A stretch of 64,000 bases of DNA, taken from positions 372,001 through 436,000 of the forward strand of contig JBBPEB010000017.1 in assembly GCA_039096225.1 (NCBI GenBank), given 5' to 3'. This stretch comes from Blastocystis sp. Blastoise (lineage: Eukaryota; Protista; Bigyra: Opalinata). How positions within the stretch are numbered: the first letter of the stretch is position 1; each line of letters starts with the position of its first letter. Positions 58,509 through 64,000 of the stretch are shown piece by piece. The position numbers and the translations under genes are program-made. Under the pieces are notes generated by a model that saw only the letters and a list, made by a program, of their open reading frames with translations, did not search any database and had not been told where the DNA came from.

Positions 58509-60670
58509 CAATATATTATCAATATTTTATCAATATAATATTTATATATATATATACATTATCTATATAATCTTTAGATTCCATAAACTGTTCATCGACT
58601 GTAAATGCAGTACATGATATTCTTTCTTTAATTTCTAAAGAGCATTTCCCGCGGTTATCTATATATGACACATGTACTTTAGGTTATTATAATCAAGAGC
58701 TAAACTCTATGTTTGATCTATTACTTCCTATATCATTATTATTATTAGTAGATACTATATCTATTGATAATGATTGCTGTAACAGTTATCCAAAAATTAA
58801 CGAAAATATTGCTAATACTTTTATTAGTATAAATAAAACTCATAAATTAATTATTAAAAGTATATATATAATAATTCTAATTCATTAATATTTTTTATTT
58901 TTCAGTAAATTTCAGAATAATTGATTATAATGAATTATGGAAACAATTATATGATAATAAAATGCTTGATTTATGTTTACTTGACTTGAGATGTATATAT
59001 TATTATACTTATTATACTTATTATACTTATTATACTTATTATACTTATTATACTTATTATTATTATGATTATTATGATTATGATTATGATTATTATTATT
59101 ATTATACTGTCTCTAGTTGATCATAATTATGAAAATAATGATGATTTATCACTTTTGGGTTTTAATTCTTGCCCATTCGATAAGCTTAAAATATGTATAT
59201 ATTGAATTTCAGGTTTTTATTTATATGATTTATTCATAAAATATTTATTAATATATATATAAACTTATAAAAATGATAGTTGCCACTAGTGATGCATGCA
59301 AACAATTATATAAATTTGAAAATACATTTCAAAAAATGAATTATAATAACTTAAAAGATATTGAAATTTCACGTATATTTTTAAATGTTTTTTTATTAAT
59401 AATATATATATACATGATATTAGTTTATATGTATTATCTTGAAAGCATGCATTCAGAAGTTAAACAATATTTCTCGTTTTTTAATTTGGGAAATTATAGA
59501 ACTGTTAATTCTCTATATATAAGTATACTATTATATACTATATATATTATATATATTATATATATTATAGGTTTTTATGCTGATTTTTATAAACGTTCTC
59601 CTATAATTCTTAATGAAGAAATTACCGATATTTTTTTTCAATTCTTCTCATTATTCTCAAATAATCTTCATGAAGTAAAATTTGAATGTATTTTAATATA
59701 TATAATTAATATAAATTATATTATTCTATATTTATATAGGCCCATTTATTTCTGCATATTTTCTCTTAAATGACAAATGTAAAAAGATGAAAATATGGTC
59801 AACTATTCAAAAATTGACATTATATCTTGATGAGACAATTTCACTTAAGGATGTATTTATAAATTTATTGGCATATATAAATAACAATCAATTTTCAAAT
59901 CTGGAGACTTTAGAAATAAACATTGAATATACAGAAGTTATATCTTTTTCTGATTTGAATATGCTTATTGACCTTTGGCATAATGCTTCTCCTGTTTCTC
60001 TACCTTATTGGCATGGGTTTAGAATCCTCACAAAAGAAAGTAAATAATTGATTTATCTATTATATTCACAGTGTTCCATATATGTTATTAATTATTAGTA
60101 CATATATTATATATATTATTATTAATATATATAGTTATGATGAACATTGATTTCTTTGAATGTTTTCCTTCAATATATAATTATTTACATATACCTCTTG
60201 TCACTTTTGATATGCGATATATGAAGCAAAAAGGGGAAATGAAAAAATATTCTGAATATATTTATAATCAACTTAAAATGGAATATACAAAAAATATTAG
60301 ATACTTACAATTATTTTTTTTAAATAAAGGGTATATGACTAAATTTGTTCGTTTAATAACAAAAGGGACTTTTCCATATTTGAAAGAATTAAAAATAATT
60401 ACTTTAAGTATATATATCATAGAATTATTTATTAAGAAATAATGCTATATATATATATATTACAATCACTCATGTATATTACATATATTTTAAATAAAAT
60501 ATATTTTATACTTATATTATTTATATTATGAATAACTACATTATTTATATATGATTAACTCTATAGAGAATAAAGAACCAAAAGACTTCGATGGCTTTAA
60601 ACAATTATTAAATGAATATAAAATGACCAAAAACTTACAATTAACAATTAAATACTGTCTAGAAGACTAA
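56356..60670 (+). CDS. Uncharacterised protein with N-terminal BTB/POZ-like domain and LRR-like repeats
   Basis: FIFQDETKVSIPLFFVKNHPKSVL..AYYIDHPPLSMDKSIQYL is BTB-like. FPxLxxL-type units repeat (IFPELESY, IFPNVTTL, HFPRLSIY, FSNLETL, TFPYLKEL). Confidence 0.6.
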
Positions 60671-61127
60671 AGTATTCTAATTAAACAGATATTTTTATTA
60701 TATAAGTATACTGAAAAACTATATTTTATCTATTTTTTTTTAATTCTTGATTATTTGTATATATTTTTTAATAATTTTTATTTTTTTTTTAAAGTATTTT
60801 TTTTCTTATATATATTCTTATACTTTTTTTTGTATTTATTAATGTATAAAAAACAGATTTTTAATGGTCTTGGTTGTTTTAGTATAATAGATAATCTATG
60901 TTCACAAAACAATTGAATACATAACTTATTATATTACAAGTAACAAAAATCTAGTTTTTATTAGATAAAATAGATGACTAATATTAAAAAACAGAAACAT
61001 AATATTATAATACTTATTCAAATAAATAACTAACACTATCATAAATATATTATATACATAAAAAATAAAAAAATATATTAAAATTACATTAACTAATGAA
61101 TAAAAACAAGAGTAATATATAGTATTT

Positions 61128-62768
61128 TTAACATCTTCCCCATACTTCATAATCATTTACTAGAAAATAATTCTTTGAATTCATATCATTTGTATTCACA
61201 AATAAAGAATTTCTATAAGGAACATTGGTGTCATTACAAGGAGATAATGAACAATATGAAGATTTATGTGATTTACGCTCTTTAAAAATATAAATTGCAT
61301 CACATATATTTATTTTATCATTTGAACCAGAATATGGATAGCCAAAACTCAATGACGAAGTAGATTGAGATACTGGCTTCTTTTTTGTTTTAATATAATC
61401 AAATTTCATAGGAAGAACATTATATTCATTACTTAATGTAAAAATAAACTCCTTTTTATACAATGTATCACCTAAAAATAATAATTAATTATAATATAAA
61501 GGTTTATATATATATACTACCATTATCAAGTTTATTCCATATATCATTAGTATATCCTCCAAATATATTTATATGATTATCATGACCTATTTGTTTAAAT
61601 ATATATATCTTTTCACCAGAATCATGAATTTCTGAATTATTACTTGCAAACATTAGTTGTGAAGATGCTCTTTATATTCAATAAATCATAAATAGATTAT
61701 ATATAAATAAATATAAATATAATATATATACCTATCAATTAATTTCTATTTCTTTTCTCTTCCTAGCCAACTCATTAATAATTCTTCCATAAATAGACTG
61801 TCAAAAATCTTTGTTCCTTTGAAATAATTGAATCGAATTGTACATCTTTTGGCTTCTTCTCTTCCTTTATTACCAAATAATTCAACCATTTCTTTCTCTA
61901 ATAATTCTTTACTAATATTAATAACTTTTGATTCTTCTATATCTATAGTTCCATTATTTACATATTCTATAATATTATCAATATATTCATATTTTTTATT
62001 TATATATAAACTATTATCTACAACATTATAATCCACAAATCCATGATCATAATTCTTAGCATAATCATTCCATAATCCATTATTTACTAAATAATTTTTA
62101 ATAATATCATTTTTCTTTCCATTAATAATCAAATCAACTTCATCTCCTTCTTCATATTTCCTTAAAGTATCTCTTCTTACTCTACAATTAACTAATTCTA
62201 CAGGAAGGGGCAAATTACAAAATTCAAATAAATCTAATAATTCTAACTGCTCTTTATCATTAAATTGATCGAAATCGACTTTCTTACCATATAAATAATT
62301 TAAAAAACAATACACATAAATATCGTTTCCATTAAAATTAAGGAATATAGTTCCATCATCAGTTCTTAATTCATCTTTTGATTGTTCATATATATATGAA
62401 TAAGGCATAGAATCAATTATTGTTTTGGATAAAGCAAATGCTGGACCATTATTCGTGAATCGAATCATATCCATATCCTCGATATGCTCTTCTTGATATT
62501 TTCGTTTATTCTTATACTTGACTTGACTTTCTTCTTGAGAATCAGAATCATCAATTGAAATATCATTTGATTTTAAAGATCCAGATAAGTCACACCAACT
62601 ATGAATATGGCTAACAAAGTTATTAATCCGTGATTCGGAATGAACACCTAAGTTCATTACAGATGACAACACACTTGTCACATCTTTCATCAATTCTTCT
62701 AACAGATTAATATCCTCTTTTAAAAAGTTAAATTGATTGAAATCAAAAGGAACTTTCTCTTTTACCAT
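61128..62768 (-). pseudogene. BTB-like + TLDc domain gene with an in-frame TAG
   Basis: WLGREKK*KLIDRAS..IFGGYT..FIFTLSN..FG..FLVNDYEVW is TLDc. TAG at 61746-61748 occupies the Trp position of the WxLxxRAS motif. Confidence 0.7.
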
Positions 62769-63522
62769 TTCTAACGATAACAAAAAACATAAAAACGTAT
62801 TTTAATTAGAGAATTACAAAAAACGGCTAAGGTTAATTATCTGGTTTAAAATGGATAATTCTTTTTACATTTTTTTCTGAATAATTATGTTATGAGTGTT
62901 AATAATTCATTTAAAATATTTTTTTAAACTTATTATAACATCTGTTCAATAATTAATTCTATTAACGTATAAATTATTTCCTAATGAAATTTTGATTTCG
63001 TTCACTCATTGAACTTACTCAACACAGACTATATAGATAAGTCGAAGATGCTGTAACTAATAGAGAAACGATGTTATTCTACTTGTTCTAAAAGAAATTG
63101 TGTTGATAAAGACAGTTCTTTCTTGTGATTCTTGATTCTATATATTCCATTATGTTTGTAGGGTGTAGTATAGTAGTATAGAAATACTTTTATCTTTAAA
63201 TATTATAACAAAAAATGATTGTGTGTACAAAAGTGATTGATTTTGACAACAAACAATACTTTTAAAGGTCTTAATGATATTAATACATTAAGTGAATGGA
63301 CTTCATAAAAATTATGGCTTAAAAACGAAAACATTTAAAAAAATAAGCAATTTTAATTGATGAAACACATATTATTAAAAAAGTATATAGAAATAAAAAG
63401 TTAAACAATTGACGCATATGAAGAAAATATTTTTTTATAGAAAATAACTATCACAGAATAATAATAATAAGAAGGAAAATATTTTGCCATGAGTTAGTCA
63501 AAATTGATAATAGAAGTATCAA

Positions 63523-64000
63523 TTATAGGGTAGTTTTAACAACAATAGAATCAGTTTGTTGATTTGTATGAATAGTTTGAAGTTCTTGACTGTTTGAGGA
63601 TTGTTTAGATGTATCCAATGATTTATGATCAGGTCTAGAGTCCTCTATGGGGATTCGTTGAATACTGTGATAAGAATGGCATGTGACACTTTAGAATATA
63701 TTTATTATATATGATTTTATAATGAATTAATAATATAGAAATATACATGATAATCACACCACAAATGACTACAACAACAACAGAACAAGAAATCAAAATA
63801 ATAACTAAAGTGTCTGTTGAGTCATCGACAGGAGTAGGAGAAGGAATAGGAGAAGGAGAAGAAGTAGGAGTAGAAGTAGGAGAAGGAGTAGGAGGAGGAG
63901 TAGGAGGAGGTGCTATCACATGAATACCTCCTACTGCGTCAGCTAAATGTATATATATATTAAATATCTGATAATTCTTATTAAAATATGAAAAAGAATT
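63523..64000 (-). CDS. 3' end of a type I membrane protein with Pro/Ser/Thr stalk
   Basis: PPPTPPPTPSPTSTPT stalk, TM LVIILISCSVVVVVICGVII, and a spliced cytoplasmic tail ending in TAA at 63523. Confidence 0.65.

Overview
AT-rich, intron-dense unicellular eukaryote DNA. Most introns are short GT-AG introns filled with (AT)n, so most of the supplied ORFs are exon fragments or intron read-through. Gene content (bHLH-PAS, BTB-TLDc, a minor-spliceosome intron) is compatible with a Blastocystis-like stramenopile, but this is inference. About 17 host protein genes and one tRNA-Gly(CCC) flank a 9-kb nested DNA-transposon island (16405-25548). In the island, a dead hAT transposase with a CGGBP1-like zinc finger is broken by its own non-autonomous derivatives (TIR TAGAGCGGTTCAAAAG, 8-bp TSDs, GTTGCGACAA subterminal arrays). 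It is also broken by a PIF/Harbinger/ISL2EU-type element, which two further hAT MITEs interrupt in turn. Best non-TE observations: a strongly over-represented TTCCCGCGG motif inside exons in all three reading frames, an AT-AC (U12-type) intron in an ABHD11-like gene, a probable WD40-UBR-PHD fusion, an AAA ATPase with a natural Walker-B E-to-Q change, and a TAG replacing a conserved Trp in a TLDc gene. Gene models were spliced by eye, so internal exon boundaries and some starts are approximate.
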